64,000 nucleotides of DNA from Chlamydiales bacterium (GCA_965206695.1 CBDBKM010000010.1:96001-160000); one strand, 5' to 3'; counted from the stretch's first letter, positions 22,167 to 33,257 are shown. The notes: generated by a model not told the origin, from the letters alone. Numbers and translations: made by a program.

Positions 22167-24038
22167 ATGACGACAATCTCTAACAATCCAACCTTCCTGT
22201 TTAATCGAACGCCCACAACTCTTGAAGAAGCAGGGCAATATGTTCATGATCTTGAATTGATGATTGAACAGAATCCGGGTGATGAAAAACTCGTAACAAA
22301 TATCACCACTCATCTTCTTGATTTGAGCCAAAAGGGTGCTGAGGGCTCTACAGATACCAATTTGTTAAATCGCAATATCAAAGTCTTAACCGATGAATTA
22401 AATGCAACAGAAGAAGTAACGATAGAAGAAGAGATCATTATTGAAGAAAGGATAACAGAGTCTCAGCCTGAACCTAAAGAGTCTAAAGGGTTTTTCAAAA
22501 AGGCTGCTCGTAAAGCCAAAGAGATTTATAACAAAACCGTTGATGTCATTGTCAAAACAACAAAACGTGTTGTTAAAAGCGTCAAAAAAGTCTTTAGAAA
22601 AACCGCTAAACAAACCAAAGACCTTACCAAAAAGGTAGGTCAATTTTGTAAGGATCATAAGAAAGAAATTATCATTGGTGTTGCCATAGTTGCAGCTATT
22701 GCAGTGGCAGCTGTTGCAGCCGTAGCTATAGCATCAGCAATGACAACAACTGCTGCTCAAGCACCAGGAGTAGGAGCTGCTATCGGTGGGCTTGGAGGAA
22801 CATTAGCAGGGGATACCGCTAATAAGTATAGTTCCGGTATCGATGACAAAGAAACTTCATTAGCTCCTTTCAAGAATAGTTCCTCTCTAGACTCAATTAA
22901 AATAGATAACCCCTTTGATAAAGATTTTATAGGTCCTCCATTATCAAGTTCATTTGGTAAACCATGCATATCTACCAAAAAAAATGTATTAGCTGCTAAT
23001 AAATTGGACGACACAAGAGCTTTTCTAAAAGATTCATCAAGTATACCTCGAGCAACCATCCCTAGTGAACTGGTATCGATGAGTAAATTTAAAGAGCGTT
23101 TAGATATTATTGAGGTAGAGGCTAAACAAAGTGGATTAGTTAAGAATACGGTCTTATCTGATCATACTTTATCTCTAAATGAAAATGTTTGGGATAGAAG
23201 ACCACATGAATTGCAAGAAGTATTAAATGACTGCTCAAATTATCCTCAGCTTATTAATGAAACGGTTGACAGAATGGAAGAATTAAATATTGTTCAAGAT
23301 TTCGGGTCGGAAGAGAGGTTTCAAGAGGACTGTGGTAATTGGCATGCAAACAACGCTTACGATGTTCTTGGAAAAGAAAGAACAAGAGAAAATTTTGCTA
23401 TGTCAGAAGTCTATCAAACGGGAGATAATGAGTTAAAAAATGGTAAGATTATTTATATTAATGGAATAGATAATACTTTAAACGATTCACAAAATGGAGC
23501 TAATGCTCTATCCCAGTATGCGGATGGAGCTCAGGTGACAGGGGTTTATAATGCATCTCATGGTAAGGTTAATGATTTATTAGAGGCTAATAGGAATATT
23601 AAGGGGGTAGCAACAACACCTTCGAAACTTTTAGCGGACGAGATTATTTCTTACTGTGAGTCTCATCCTGATAATTCAAAAGTATTAATTGTTTGCCATA
23701 GCCAAGGAACAGCTCATACAAATAATACGTTATATTTACTTCCTGAAGAAATAAGAAAACGAATCGAGGTAGCTGCTGTTGCGCCCAGTAAATACATCGA
23801 TAACACTTTATGTGATTATATAACGCATTATGTCAGTGCAAATGATACTCTTGTTCCAAATCTTGATAAAGAAAGAGCCATTGCCAAAAAACAAGGAACC
23901 GTGAAAGTGTTAGAAGCTTCATTAGGTTCATCCGAGAAATTTGATCATGGATTTTTGAATGAAACATATCAAGAAGCTGTCATAAATATTATAGACGATT
24001 TTATAGATAGAGACGGGGGATTAATAGATGCGAAATAA
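22167..24038 (+). CDS. Large protein with hydrophobic hairpin and C-terminal alpha/beta-hydrolase (DUF687-like) domain; candidate toxin/effector
   Basis: IIIGVAIVAAIAVAAVAAVAIA segment; IYINGIDN, GVYNASHG, CHSQG nucleophile elbow, C-terminal DH. Confidence 0.7.
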   Translation: MTTISNNPTFLFNRTPTTLEEAGQYVHDLELMIEQNPGDEKLVTNITTHLLDLSQKGAEGSTDTNLLNRNIKVLTDELNATEEVTIEEEIIIEERITESQPEPKESKGFFKKAARKAKEIYNKTVDVIVKTTKRVVKSVKKVFRKTAKQTKDLTKKVGQFCKDHKKEIIIGVAIVAAIAVAAVAAVAIASAMTTTAAQAPGVGAAIGGLGGTLAGDTANKYSSGIDDKETSLAPFKNSSSLDSIKIDNPFDKDFIGPPLSSSFGKPCISTKKNVLAANKLDDTRAFLKDSSSIPRATIPSELVSMSKFKERLDIIEVEAKQSGLVKNTVLSDHTLSLNENVWDRRPHELQEVLNDCSNYPQLINETVDRMEELNIVQDFGSEERFQEDCGNWHANNAYDVLGKERTRENFAMSEVYQTGDNELKNGKIIYINGIDNTLNDSQNGANALSQYADGAQVTGVYNASHGKVNDLLEANRNIKGVATTPSKLLADEIISYCESHPDNSKVLIVCHSQGTAHTNNTLYLLPEEIRKRIEVAAVAPSKYIDNTLCDYITHYVSANDTLVPNLDKERAIAKKQGTVKVLEASLGSSEKFDHGFLNETYQEAVINIIDDFIDRDGGLIDAK

Positions 24039-24645
24039 GTACTTTAGCTTATTTGTTGTAATGAATATTTTGTTGTTAGCTATGAGTTTATATTCATGTT
24101 CTCATAGTTTGAATAAAGATCCGAATACTTTCCGTTTAACTAAAGCGTTAAATGAAATGGGAAAAACTCTACCTTCTGATCGTGGGAGTATTACAAATGG
24201 GATATTGAAGGATGTCGCTTCAACTTTATCAGAGCGTTATAATATGGAATGTATCGGTTTTGGTGGAGGATGGTGTGGTGATAAGAAATTAGGTTTATCT
24301 TTTAAAATACGTAGAGTCATAGATAAGCAAGAGGCTAGAGCAATGTTAGTGGATTGTGTGCAAGAATTTATATCTAATGTGAACTCTAATGAAGCGTTAA
24401 AGCCTTATTTGGATGGTGTAGTATTCACCGAGAAAAATATTCGATTAGATATCTTTGTAAAAGATTCTCAAGGTAATAAAGTATATTATCCAGATATCTG
24501 TGTTTTCGGATCAATAGAAGGTGGTATCAGGTATAAGTTTCAGTCACTTGAAAAGAAGTACGGTTATATTGCAAAAGACCGAGAAACCTTCCAAGAAGCT
24601 CTTTCTATTTTAGAAAAAACCAGGAGTTTCGCATCAAATTATTAG
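24028..24645 (+). CDS. Lipoprotein, candidate immunity protein (last codons supplied by an IS)
   Basis: Signal peptide ending LAMSLYSC; overlaps the upstream stop by 11 nt; IS TIR starts at 24620. Confidence 0.65.
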   Translation: MRNKYFSLFVVMNILLLAMSLYSCSHSLNKDPNTFRLTKALNEMGKTLPSDRGSITNGILKDVASTLSERYNMECIGFGGGWCGDKKLGLSFKIRRVIDKQEARAMLVDCVQEFISNVNSNEALKPYLDGVVFTEKNIRLDIFVKDSQGNKVYYPDICVFGSIEGGIRYKFQSLEKKYGYIAKDRETFQEALSILEKTRSFASNY

Positions 24646-25581
24646 CTGTTGGTCAAAATATGCCTCATATTTAAAGTAATAGCGGGCTTTATGATTTCCC
24701 AATCTTGCAGATAAAAGGATGTGTTATCTTTCATTCTTCGCTTAAATTTATTTAGCCAAGCATAAATAGACATAAAAATATGGTTTCGTTGCGCTCGTGC
24801 GTTACGAGACTGACAGCGCTCAAGGCCACAGGTTTGTTTCAATTCACTATGATAGACTTCTATTTTCCAACGAATTTTCATGATCTTCTCTACATCATTA
24901 CGGCTAGAATCCTCCATATTGGTGATCACATAGTCAACGCGGCCATTTTTAGCCACAAACTTGAAAGCCGTAACAAAACCATAGCCTCGTAAGTGAATGT
25001 TTAGTCCTTCATCCGAAATATCCAAATTTTCCAAAGTTTCGTTCCGATTAACCTTCCTGTTTTTACGTAAAGTAGTGACAAAATATAAGCCCATATCTCT
25101 GATAGACTTTAAGTTTTTTAAACCGGAATACCATGAATCCATAACAACTACTTGGGGGTTGAAGCCCCGGTTTTGACTGAGTTTGAGCATTTCTATACAA
25201 TGGGTATTCTTTGTTTTACCATCACTATTCCTATCGTAAATCCTATAATCCACAGGGACATATTGCTCTGAATTTAGTCCATACCATAAAAGGTTGACTA
25301 AACCAATCCCTGCTACAATATCGTGTACATTTCCGGAATACTGATAATTAACAAGCTCTATCTTTTTACTATGCGTTTTTGAAAGGGTGGTATCATCAAT
25401 AATAAGTACACAAGGCTCATCAATATCGACATAATGTGTTACCGTTTCAAAGACTTCTTTAGGTTGAAATTTTTTATCTTTTAGCCATCGGCTAATACTG
25501 TCATGTGATAACTTATTAGGACAAACTTCCGACATCGCAAGGCTAGAATATCTAATGCTACTTGCTTGAATGAATGAACTA

Positions 25582-26517
25582 TAGTATTTTAATTTTTATT
25601 TGATAATATGTTATCCTTCTTTTTTTATACAAACAGTAAGGACAAAACAATGCCTAGAGCCTATTCAGTAGATCTTCGAGAGAAAGTATGACAACATATA
25701 GAAAAACATCATGATAAAAAAACAGCCGGCCATATTTTTCAAGTAGGTATCGCAACAATATATCGATGGATCTTGCAAAAAAAAGCAAAAAGGACATTTA
25801 AAGCCAATCCGCAGAAAATATGCTTATAAGAAATTAGATGATGAGTTGTTATCTAAATATGTAGAAAAACATCCGGATTATTTTTTATCGGAAATTGCTG
25901 ATTATTTTTCAGTCACTCCGCAAACGATTTTTTATGCCCTTAAAAGATTAAAAATTACACGAAAAAAAAAACTACTCGCTATAAGGAAAGAGATGAAAAG
26001 AAACGGGAAGCTTTTATGAAAGATTTAAAAAATATTCCCTTTGACAAGAGAATTTATCTCGATGAAACCGGGATTCATCAATTTTTATTTCGTGAGTCCG
26101 GAAGAAGCTTACGCGGCAAAAGAGTTTTTGGAGCGGTTTCAGGAAACCGCTTTATAAGGCAAAATATTATTTCAGCCCTATCTAAAGGGCAGTTTTTATC
26201 TCCAATGTGTTTTGAAGGTACTTGTAATACCGGGTTATTCAATATTTGGCTTAAGGAAGTTTTGACTCCTCAGCTTACACCCGGTAGTGTTCTTATTCTT
26301 GACAATGCCGGTTTTCACAAGTCAGCGGAAAGCAGGAAAACAGTAGAATCTGCCGGTTGTAAGCTTATGTTTCTTCCTCCATATTCTCCGGACTTAAATC
26401 CTATAGAAAAATATTGGGCTAATATGAAAAATAAAGTTAGAGAGATATTACGAAAAGTTACGAATTTTAAATTCGCCATTGATCAAGCAATCTTATCAAT
26501 ATAAAATTAAATGACTA
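25582..26517 (+). mobile_element. IS630-family element type B, copy 3
   Basis: Same TIRs, TA duplication; same orfA TGA nonsense as copy 1. Confidence 0.95.
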
Positions 26518-26619
26518 TATACAGTTCCTTTGTGCATTTATGTAACGACATTTCTCTTTCTCCTCTACCTAAAAAAAGAAAAAATCATAACTTAATTCAA
26601 AAAAATATTTAAGCTCTTA

Positions 26620-27713
26620 TACTCATCACGAATAAACCTCCGGATATTTTGTATTCGTATAGTGTAAATTATTTTGTATGAATTCATTTTTAACACTATC
26701 AGAAGAAAAGCATCTCAGACAGCAACATAAACGAGAAAAGAATGGTCGTATACGAGATCGTATCAAGGCTGTTCTATTGTCGAATAAAGGTTGGAGTAAT
26801 ACTCGTATTGCTGAAGCTGTGCTTTTAGACGATGAAACAGTGTCTCGTCACATTAAAGAATATCAAAATAAACAGCAATTGCATGTAGAAAGCGGTGGTT
26901 CAGTCAGTAAACTTCTTGCGCCACAGTCAGAAGAATTCATTAAACATTTAACAACTCATACCTATGTCAAAGTAGAAGATATCTGTTCTTATGTTCTCGC
27001 GAAATATGGCATTGTTTATACGATTTCAGGGATGACTTCTTGGCTACACTCACATGGTTTTTCCTATAAAAAGCCTAAAGGTACACCGGCTAAGGCAAAT
27101 TCTGATCAACAAAAAGCTTGGATGCAATTTTACACCAAGCTTATGGCATCTCTGCCTAAAAATGAGCCTGTTGAATTTGCTGATGGTGTGCATCCAACTA
27201 TGGCAACTAAAATTTCTTATGGTTGGATTCGACCGGGAACAAGTAAATTAATCGCAACAACAGCTTCTAGAACTCGAATGAATCTTATGGGGTCTATCAA
27301 TTTAAACAGTATGAAGGTAACAATAGATGCTTATGAAACATTAAATAGCGGTACCATGGCAAAACATTTTGCTTTATTACGGTCAAAATATCCCTCAGCT
27401 CCAAATATCCATCTTATTTTAGATCAAGGTCCTTATAATACAAGTATTCAGACCAAACAAGAAGCAGAAAAACAAGGTATTATTCTCTATTATTTACCTT
27501 CTTACAGTCCTAACCTCAATCCTATTGAACGATTATGGAAAGTGATGAATGAATATTGTCGCAATAATCGGTTTTTTAATTCTGCTAAAGAATTTCGGAG
27601 ATCGATTACCGGATTTTTTGAAAATACTTGGCCCTCTATTGCTCAATCAATGAGGACACGAATCAATGATCATTTTCAAGTCTTAGAATCGGCACTTTGA
27701 TTCATAAGGGGTA
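26620..27713 (+). mobile_element. IS630-family element type A, copy 2 (intact 340-aa transposase 26678-27700)
   Basis: TIRs, TA duplication; FADG, LDQGPY, YSPNLNPIERLW. Confidence 0.97.
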
Positions 27714-27828
27714 TAGTTCAATAACTAATTGCTGCCGCGCGAAACTCCTGGAAAAGAATAAAGGAAGGAGTGCTCAGATTGCTTCTAAAGATATTTCTAT
27801 AACTCAGCAGAAATAGATTCAGCTAAAT

Positions 27829-27876
27829 GGTGCACATACGGTGCAGTGAACTTGGTAAACAACCGGTATCATCCAA
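27829..27876 (+). promoter_or_regulatory. Putative tyrosine-integrase arm-type site (left copy)
   Basis: GGTGCAcatACGGTGCAGTGAAC...ACCGGTA...TCCAA, repeated at 42624-42670 just upstream of the integrase. Confidence 0.65.
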
Positions 27877-27920
27877 CACAAACCAATAGACTTCTTGTCT
27901 TTTCTTCAGTATAATAATGC

Positions 27921-29474
27921 TCATTGTGATTGGATATTATTGGTTAGTTTGGTAATACACCGCCCTGTAACTCCGTCTCTGTAATGGATACGTTGGTTCG
28001 AATCCAACCGCCCCCATTCTTCTGGATGCTTCTTAAAATTCATGATAGTTAAGAAGGGTTCTCTTATTGATAATGAGAGACTTAGGTCTTCTAATTGTAA
28101 GTTCTGAAACACTAAATTCAGCAATTGTCGTTTTTCATCTACTTCAGAACTATTGAAGAGTCCTTTTGCTTTAGAAGCTAGTTTCATTACCAGATTAGCT
28201 GTGATGTAGAAATTTTTATCTGCTTGTTCATGTCGTTCGAGTTGTTTAACAATTTCCAACTGTCTCTTCTTATATTCAGAGGTTTTTTTCACATACATAG
28301 CTTCATCAATCAATCCATCGAGTTTATCTTCATAGATTTGATCCATACGCTGTTGTAAACGATCCTGCTCTTTTCTTAGAGCATGTAGACTATCAGCATG
28401 AAATTTAGCTTTAGACTCATGGATACTTTTTAGATGTTGTGTAACCTCTTCAATTTGTTTCTCAGTAAGAGCTATACGGTCAAAATATCCAGACAAGATA
28501 TCGAGGAGCTTTTCTTCTCTTATATACTGTCTTTTACATATACCTCTAGCATTGGTACAGCTATAGTAGATGTACTGTTGCTTATGTATCTCCGCTGTAA
28601 TAGCACACCCGCATTTGGAACAAGATATTAATCCTTTTAAGATAAAAGCTTGACTGACAGCTTTATGAGGCTTTCTATGGTAGCTGTTAGAGACCTCTTG
28701 TACTTGATCAAATAAAGCATGAGAAATTAATGGTTTATAATGATGCTTAATTAGCCCATACTTAGTTTCCATAATTCCATAATAAAAAGTTTTTTTTAGA
28801 ATTTCATTAATTTGAGATTTAGCAACAGGTTTTCCTTTTTTAGTACGAAATCCTATTTCTTTTATTTCTTTTTGTAATTTCAACAATGAGTAATTGCCTG
28901 TAGCATATAATTCAAATAATTTTTGAATAAAATGAGAGCGTTCAGGGTCGGGGATAATGGTTTTGTCTCCTTGAGCATCAATAGAATGTATATAACCAAT
29001 AGGAGCAAGACCTATCCAAGTACCATTTTTGACTGCCTGTTCTTTACTCCTTTTCACATTATCACTTAGCTGTAACACATAACTTCGAGCAAACATCACG
29101 CCCATATCCCAACGTAAAATATCAGCACTATTAGATTTTAAATCAAGAATAAGACCTTCTCTAATAAAATGAATTTCTACTTTACCTTCTTTTCTTAGAT
29201 CTTCTAATACTACTGATTCTTTAAAACTGCGTTGAACTCTATCTATGGTATCAGCAACTAGGGCATAAGGCTCTCTAGATTTTTTGATTTTTGCGATGAT
29301 CTTTTCAAATTCTTTTCGAGTGTCTTTAGTAGAAGATTCAGTAATTTTAAATACTTCATCAATATCAAGACTTTTTCTCTCACTGTATTCTCTTAAGCGA
29401 CGCTCTTGAGCTGGTATAGATTGTCCCTCTTCTTGTTCCTTACTAGATACTCGAGCTAATAATATAGCTTTCAT
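27921..29474 (-). CDS. Large serine recombinase (integrase)
   Basis: ARVSS catalytic Ser, DRVQR, recombinase domain, CSKCG...YYSC..C Zn ribbon, coiled coil; last ~32 codons read antisense through the tRNA fragment. Confidence 0.93.
   Translation of the reverse strand: MKAILLARVSSKEQEEGQSIPAQERRLREYSERKSLDIDEVFKITESSTKDTRKEFEKIIAKIKKSREPYALVADTIDRVQRSFKESVVLEDLRKEGKVEIHFIREGLILDLKSNSADILRWDMGVMFARSYVLQLSDNVKRSKEQAVKNGTWIGLAPIGYIHSIDAQGDKTIIPDPERSHFIQKLFELYATGNYSLLKLQKEIKEIGFRTKKGKPVAKSQINEILKKTFYYGIMETKYGLIKHHYKPLISHALFDQVQEVSNSYHRKPHKAVSQAFILKGLISCSKCGCAITAEIHKQQYIYYSCTNARGICKRQYIREEKLLDILSGYFDRIALTEKQIEEVTQHLKSIHESKAKFHADSLHALRKEQDRLQQRMDQIYEDKLDGLIDEAMYVKKTSEYKKRQLEIVKQLERHEQADKNFYITANLVMKLASKAKGLFNSSEVDEKRQLLNLVFQNLQLEDLSLSLSIREPFLTIMNFKKHPEEWGRLDSNQRIHYRDGVTGRCITKLTNNIQSQ
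27965..28016 (+). pseudogene. 3' half of tRNA-Tyr(GTA), att site
   Basis: Anticodon loop CTGTAAC, long variable arm, T-arm GTTGG-TTCGAAT-CCAAC, acceptor strand CGCCCCC-A; no matching 5' half. Confidence 0.82.
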
Positions 29475-29514
29475 GTTACATCCTTATTATATTTTTAATT
29501 TTTTAGATATGATA

Positions 29515-30039
29515 TCAATTCATCACAATTTCTTCCGTATGATTTTTCACAACAAAGCCATTATTACTAGTGTTATTATTTGCTTGAAATTGCTTGCTAA
29601 GCTGGATTAAACGTAGTTCCTTTAGGGCTTTAAATAATGTATTTTCTAATTTGGTTTCATATCTTGATAACAGCATCAATTTGTTGCCATTTAATTCCTC
29701 TAAGACTTTGGTAAGACCGTCATCATTGAATAGAGTATTATTGATCTGATCCATCAATGCAGATTCTAGTTGTATAATTCTAGAGAGCCTCCATGAAGCA
29801 GATATCACTCTTTCTACAAATAGAGTTTCTAATGCTCCTGAGGGTTGAAATGCATCATAAAATTCTTTAACCAAATCCTGGAACTCTTCTTTAGACTCGT
29901 CTTCCAATAGTAGATTTTTACTGAAGATACCATGTTTGACAGCATTTTGAGCCACTATAGCTTTACCTTTAGAAGTTATTGCTCCTGAAGATTTTTTTGA
30001 ATTTCGTCTATTAGCTTGTATTTTTTTTATAGATGTCAT
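29515..30039 (-). CDS. Hypothetical protein with N-terminal ANRRN..S.G..T..GK....NA.KHG motif
   Basis: Probable start ATG 30039 after AAGGAG (MTSIKKIQANRRNS...). Confidence 0.7.
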   Translation of the reverse strand: MTSIKKIQANRRNSKKSSGAITSKGKAIVAQNAVKHGIFSKNLLLEDESKEEFQDLVKEFYDAFQPSGALETLFVERVISASWRLSRIIQLESALMDQINNTLFNDDGLTKVLEELNGNKLMLLSRYETKLENTLFKALKELRLIQLSKQFQANNNTSNNGFVVKNHTEEIVMN

Positions 30040-30592
30040 GAGCAGCTCCTTTTTTTCCCGTATTATCAGAATAATAGTATTCTTGGATAATAGAATGCAT
30101 TTTTTTACGGAATTCCTGAAGTGAAGGAAAAAGGTAAGAATCATTTTTAGAAGTGAATATTTTGTCTGTTATTGAGTAAAAATGCTTATTGCTTGGTATT
30201 TTCCATTCAGGAATCTTCTGATCTAAACACCGGCATTTGAAATCAGTGTATAGCGAGTTTTTTAAAAAAGCCCTTTTAGGCCATCCTAAGATACGACCTG
30301 TACATGGCTGAGATGGTTCAATATGTCCTTCTTCTAAGCAAATCAACAACCAGTCTAAAATTAATTGCCTCTTTCTCTTATTTTCGGACGGTTCGGACGG
30401 TTGTTTTTCATCTTTTATAATTTGAGAAATAAAAATATTATTATTCTTATCCACAATAGTAGTGGGTATTGATTTTTTATGTGTCGTTCCTTCATTGTTT
30501 AATGAAATATTATTTTTTTTTATTTTTCTATTTTCTAAAAGGGTTTGTTTTAACCGTCCGAACCGTCCGAGTTTTTCAGTTTTATTACCCAT
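30011..30592 (-). CDS. Hypothetical protein overlapping the candidate origin
   Basis: 193-aa ORF overlapping the primase stop; no recognisable motif. Confidence 0.5.
   Translation of the reverse strand: MGNKTEKLGRFGRLKQTLLENRKIKKNNISLNNEGTTHKKSIPTTIVDKNNNIFISQIIKDEKQPSEPSENKRKRQLILDWLLICLEEGHIEPSQPCTGRILGWPKRAFLKNSLYTDFKCRCLDQKIPEWKIPSNKHFYSITDKIFTSKNDSYLFPSLQEFRKKMHSIIQEYYYSDNTGKKGAAHDIYKKNTS
30384..30570. repeat. Inverted iteron pairs around an AT-rich core (candidate replication origin)
   Basis: TCGGACGGTTCGGACGGTT (30384-30402) and its exact reverse complement (30552-30570). Confidence 0.75.
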
Positions 30593-33236
30593 TATTTGAC
30601 TCCAATATATCCATATTTAGAGAGATATGTTTAAATCCTTTTTGGCTTTTTCCATTTCTCATGATATCGTTGCGTCGGTTACTGCGATATACTTCCAGCA
30701 TAATATTGCGGATCTGGGTTTCAAAGCTTCTGACATGCTCTGCCTGCCAGCCTTTACAGTTACAGAATTCCATATAAGCTTCTGTTAATGCGTGGACTGT
30801 AACATCAGCTCCATGCTCTGATTGTGTACATTGTAAAATAAAAGCTCTTATGGAATCTGATTCGGATAACAGGCTTTCAACATGGTTTATTTGATCATCA
30901 GAACGTTGAATCCTTCCGTAAACTTCTAGATCATCAAGCAATTTAACAGCTCCTTCAATCATCCAATTCAATATTCCAGACCCCTCTTCTTTGATTAGAA
31001 TATCATCAAAATTAGCAATGGGAATTTCTGGAGGAGAGTTCTCAAAGGCAATAATCAACAATCTTCTTCTCCAAGCTCCTGTATCAGAATCTAAACGCAG
31101 GTGGAGTCTAGCATTACTTGTGATCAAAATATTAAACTCACCTCTAATTTCAATACGTTTTTTGGCATTCTTTTGCTCTGTTGATAAACGGTCTCCTCCA
31201 ACAAGAGATTTTAATACGCTGGCTCCTTTATTGTGATTGAGAAAGTTACTGGGGACATCTTTTCCAGTTAACAACGTCTTGCCAACAAAAGAAGCTGTTT
31301 CAAATTTTTCCGATAAAAGAGAAATTTTCAGTTGGGCAACATTATGTAAACTTATGATTTTTTCAATAATGCTGACTAAACAAGATTTTCCTCCTCCAGG
31401 TGTGCCTGATATTAATAGAATAGTTTGAGAGAGATTTTTTCCCAGCAGACATTGTCCGCAGTATTTTTGAAGTAATTCTATATCATCTTCTGATACGGCT
31501 GGTTGAACCAGTTTTTCTAAAAATCGTTGACATTCAGCTTTTGGATCGATTATAATTTCAGATCGGTTTCTGGAATAATAGTCAGGCCTGAAAGGATGGA
31601 TAATGTCAAGGTCTTCTTTTAAACGTAGTAGACCGTTACCTGCATGGATAATGTGCTGTTGATTTTGGAAGATATTATCTCCTCCAACACCGCCCTTTAA
31701 TAAATTTAATATCTGCTTAAGCACATTGTCAGTTCTTTGTATAAGTAATTCTCTATGACCTAGCAAAGTAATCAAATTGAAGAAAGAATCACCTAAGTCA
31801 ACTTTAACTGAATGTTCGCTTTCCCAACCCCATACACCTGTCTCTGCTTTATATTGATAAAAAGAGTTTTCATTTAATTCATACACTATAAGTTTTTCAT
31901 GAGCATATTTATTTGCAAAAAATAATTGATTAATCGATTTGTGTCCTTTTTCGGATTCTATGATGGGATCACCTAATTTTTTTGTCATATCATCAATAAC
32001 TTTCTGATCTGTATTATCAGAGGCTTCACGGAGATTATTTGTTATCTGTTCTAGGTTGCATTCTTTCAAATACTCCTTAAATTCGTGATTAATACTATGT
32101 TTGCTGATACCTTGAGATTTTAATATTTCATGCAGTTGATTGAGTATGATATCTTTTTGAGGAAAATTATTCGATGATTTGGCTTGATATGCCAATTGAT
32201 AAATTGGTTTTCTTAATTGGATGTTAGTAGTATCGTTACTGATATCATCCAAATAGATCTTCAACGGTATTTTGGCAGACGCAATCTGTGTTTTTACTTC
32301 GTTGATATCGACTTCTTGCATCAAATCATTGAAATCCGTGAGCTTTTTGTTGTTACAAGCATCAGGAAATAGGGGTATGGCGATTTTACAATTATATTGA
32401 GCTGCGACTTGCAATGCAGTGGTTCGTCCCGGGTTGTTAGCAGTATGAGTATCATTATCGGCACAAATCACAATTTCAGAACCAGGAAATGTTTGCCTCA
32501 ATTGTTTCACAACAGGATTGATATTACCACAATCAAAAGCAACTACAGTAGTTTTCTTCATCGCTGAATAACAACTACAAGCAGTCGAGTAACCTTCAGC
32601 TACCTGAATAGGATCTCCATTTGTAATCGTTCCCAATACCATAAAATTACCTTTCTTATTTCCTCCAGAAAGAAAAGCTTTATAAATGCTCCCATCTTCA
32701 GTCACTGATATGAATTGAAGTGATTGTATATTTCCTTGAATGTTGTGTAATGGTAGAATCATAGATGGAAATCCTTGAGGATTGTTTCCATATCGTATTC
32801 CAACAGGATTAATCTTTTTTATTGCAGCATATTTTTGATATTCTGAAGATGGTGGTATTTCTGAGTTATTTTTCCAGATTTCTTGAGCTTCTAAGGCAAC
32901 TTGATTTTTGACTTCTGCAATGACCCTGTCAGCTTTCTCTTTCTTTTTCTTCCAACTTACCTGTAATGCTTCTCGTTCTTCTTTATCAAATATATTTTCG
33001 GTGTTTTCCCATGATTTGAAGATGAATTTAGAGCCATCGCTCCAAGATCCGTAAATCACGATAAGATAATGCTTGCCCTTAGTAGAAATTCCGTCGTAGG
33101 CAACGTACCATTCGTCACGTTTGTTGTGTTTATGATCTTTTGAAAAGCGATGAATTTTGCCATCGCATTCAATAACGTCATCATAAGGTATGCCGTTAGT
33201 GGCCATGTGTTGATATAATGCTTCCAGGTTACTCAT
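30585..33236 (-). CDS. P4-type TOPRIM primase / D5 SF3 helicase
   Basis: AEGYSTA, CADND, TDFNDL; GTPGGGKS Walker A, WRRRLL. Confidence 0.92.
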   Translation of the reverse strand: MSNLEALYQHMATNGIPYDDVIECDGKIHRFSKDHKHNKRDEWYVAYDGISTKGKHYLIVIYGSWSDGSKFIFKSWENTENIFDKEEREALQVSWKKKKEKADRVIAEVKNQVALEAQEIWKNNSEIPPSSEYQKYAAIKKINPVGIRYGNNPQGFPSMILPLHNIQGNIQSLQFISVTEDGSIYKAFLSGGNKKGNFMVLGTITNGDPIQVAEGYSTACSCYSAMKKTTVVAFDCGNINPVVKQLRQTFPGSEIVICADNDTHTANNPGRTTALQVAAQYNCKIAIPLFPDACNNKKLTDFNDLMQEVDINEVKTQIASAKIPLKIYLDDISNDTTNIQLRKPIYQLAYQAKSSNNFPQKDIILNQLHEILKSQGISKHSINHEFKEYLKECNLEQITNNLREASDNTDQKVIDDMTKKLGDPIIESEKGHKSINQLFFANKYAHEKLIVYELNENSFYQYKAETGVWGWESEHSVKVDLGDSFFNLITLLGHRELLIQRTDNVLKQILNLLKGGVGGDNIFQNQQHIIHAGNGLLRLKEDLDIIHPFRPDYYSRNRSEIIIDPKAECQRFLEKLVQPAVSEDDIELLQKYCGQCLLGKNLSQTILLISGTPGGGKSCLVSIIEKIISLHNVAQLKISLLSEKFETASFVGKTLLTGKDVPSNFLNHNKGASVLKSLVGGDRLSTEQKNAKKRIEIRGEFNILITSNARLHLRLDSDTGAWRRRLLIIAFENSPPEIPIANFDDILIKEEGSGILNWMIEGAVKLLDDLEVYGRIQRSDDQINHVESLLSESDSIRAFILQCTQSEHGADVTVHALTEAYMEFCNCKGWQAEHVRSFETQIRNIMLEVYRSNRRNDIMRNGKSQKGFKHISLNMDILESNNG

Positions 33237-33257
33237 TTGTTACTTCCTTGTTATGAG

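Larger units (their letters stand above)
24620..27751 (-). mobile_element. IS701-family element carrying two IS630 insertions
   Basis: TIR CCAGGAGTTTCGC / GCGAAACTCCTGG with AAAA flanks; transposase 26551-24642 (IIDDT, MDSWY, RWKIE) rejoins in frame (MSLHKCTKELY|SSFIQ) when IS630-B is removed. Confidence 0.9.

Noticed and set aside
27925..28016. A complete (possibly chimeric Asp/Tyr) tRNA gene
   Set aside because: The upstream TTGGTAATACACCGCC loosely resembles a D-arm but cannot pair with the anticodon-stem or acceptor 3' strands; only the 3' half is tRNA.
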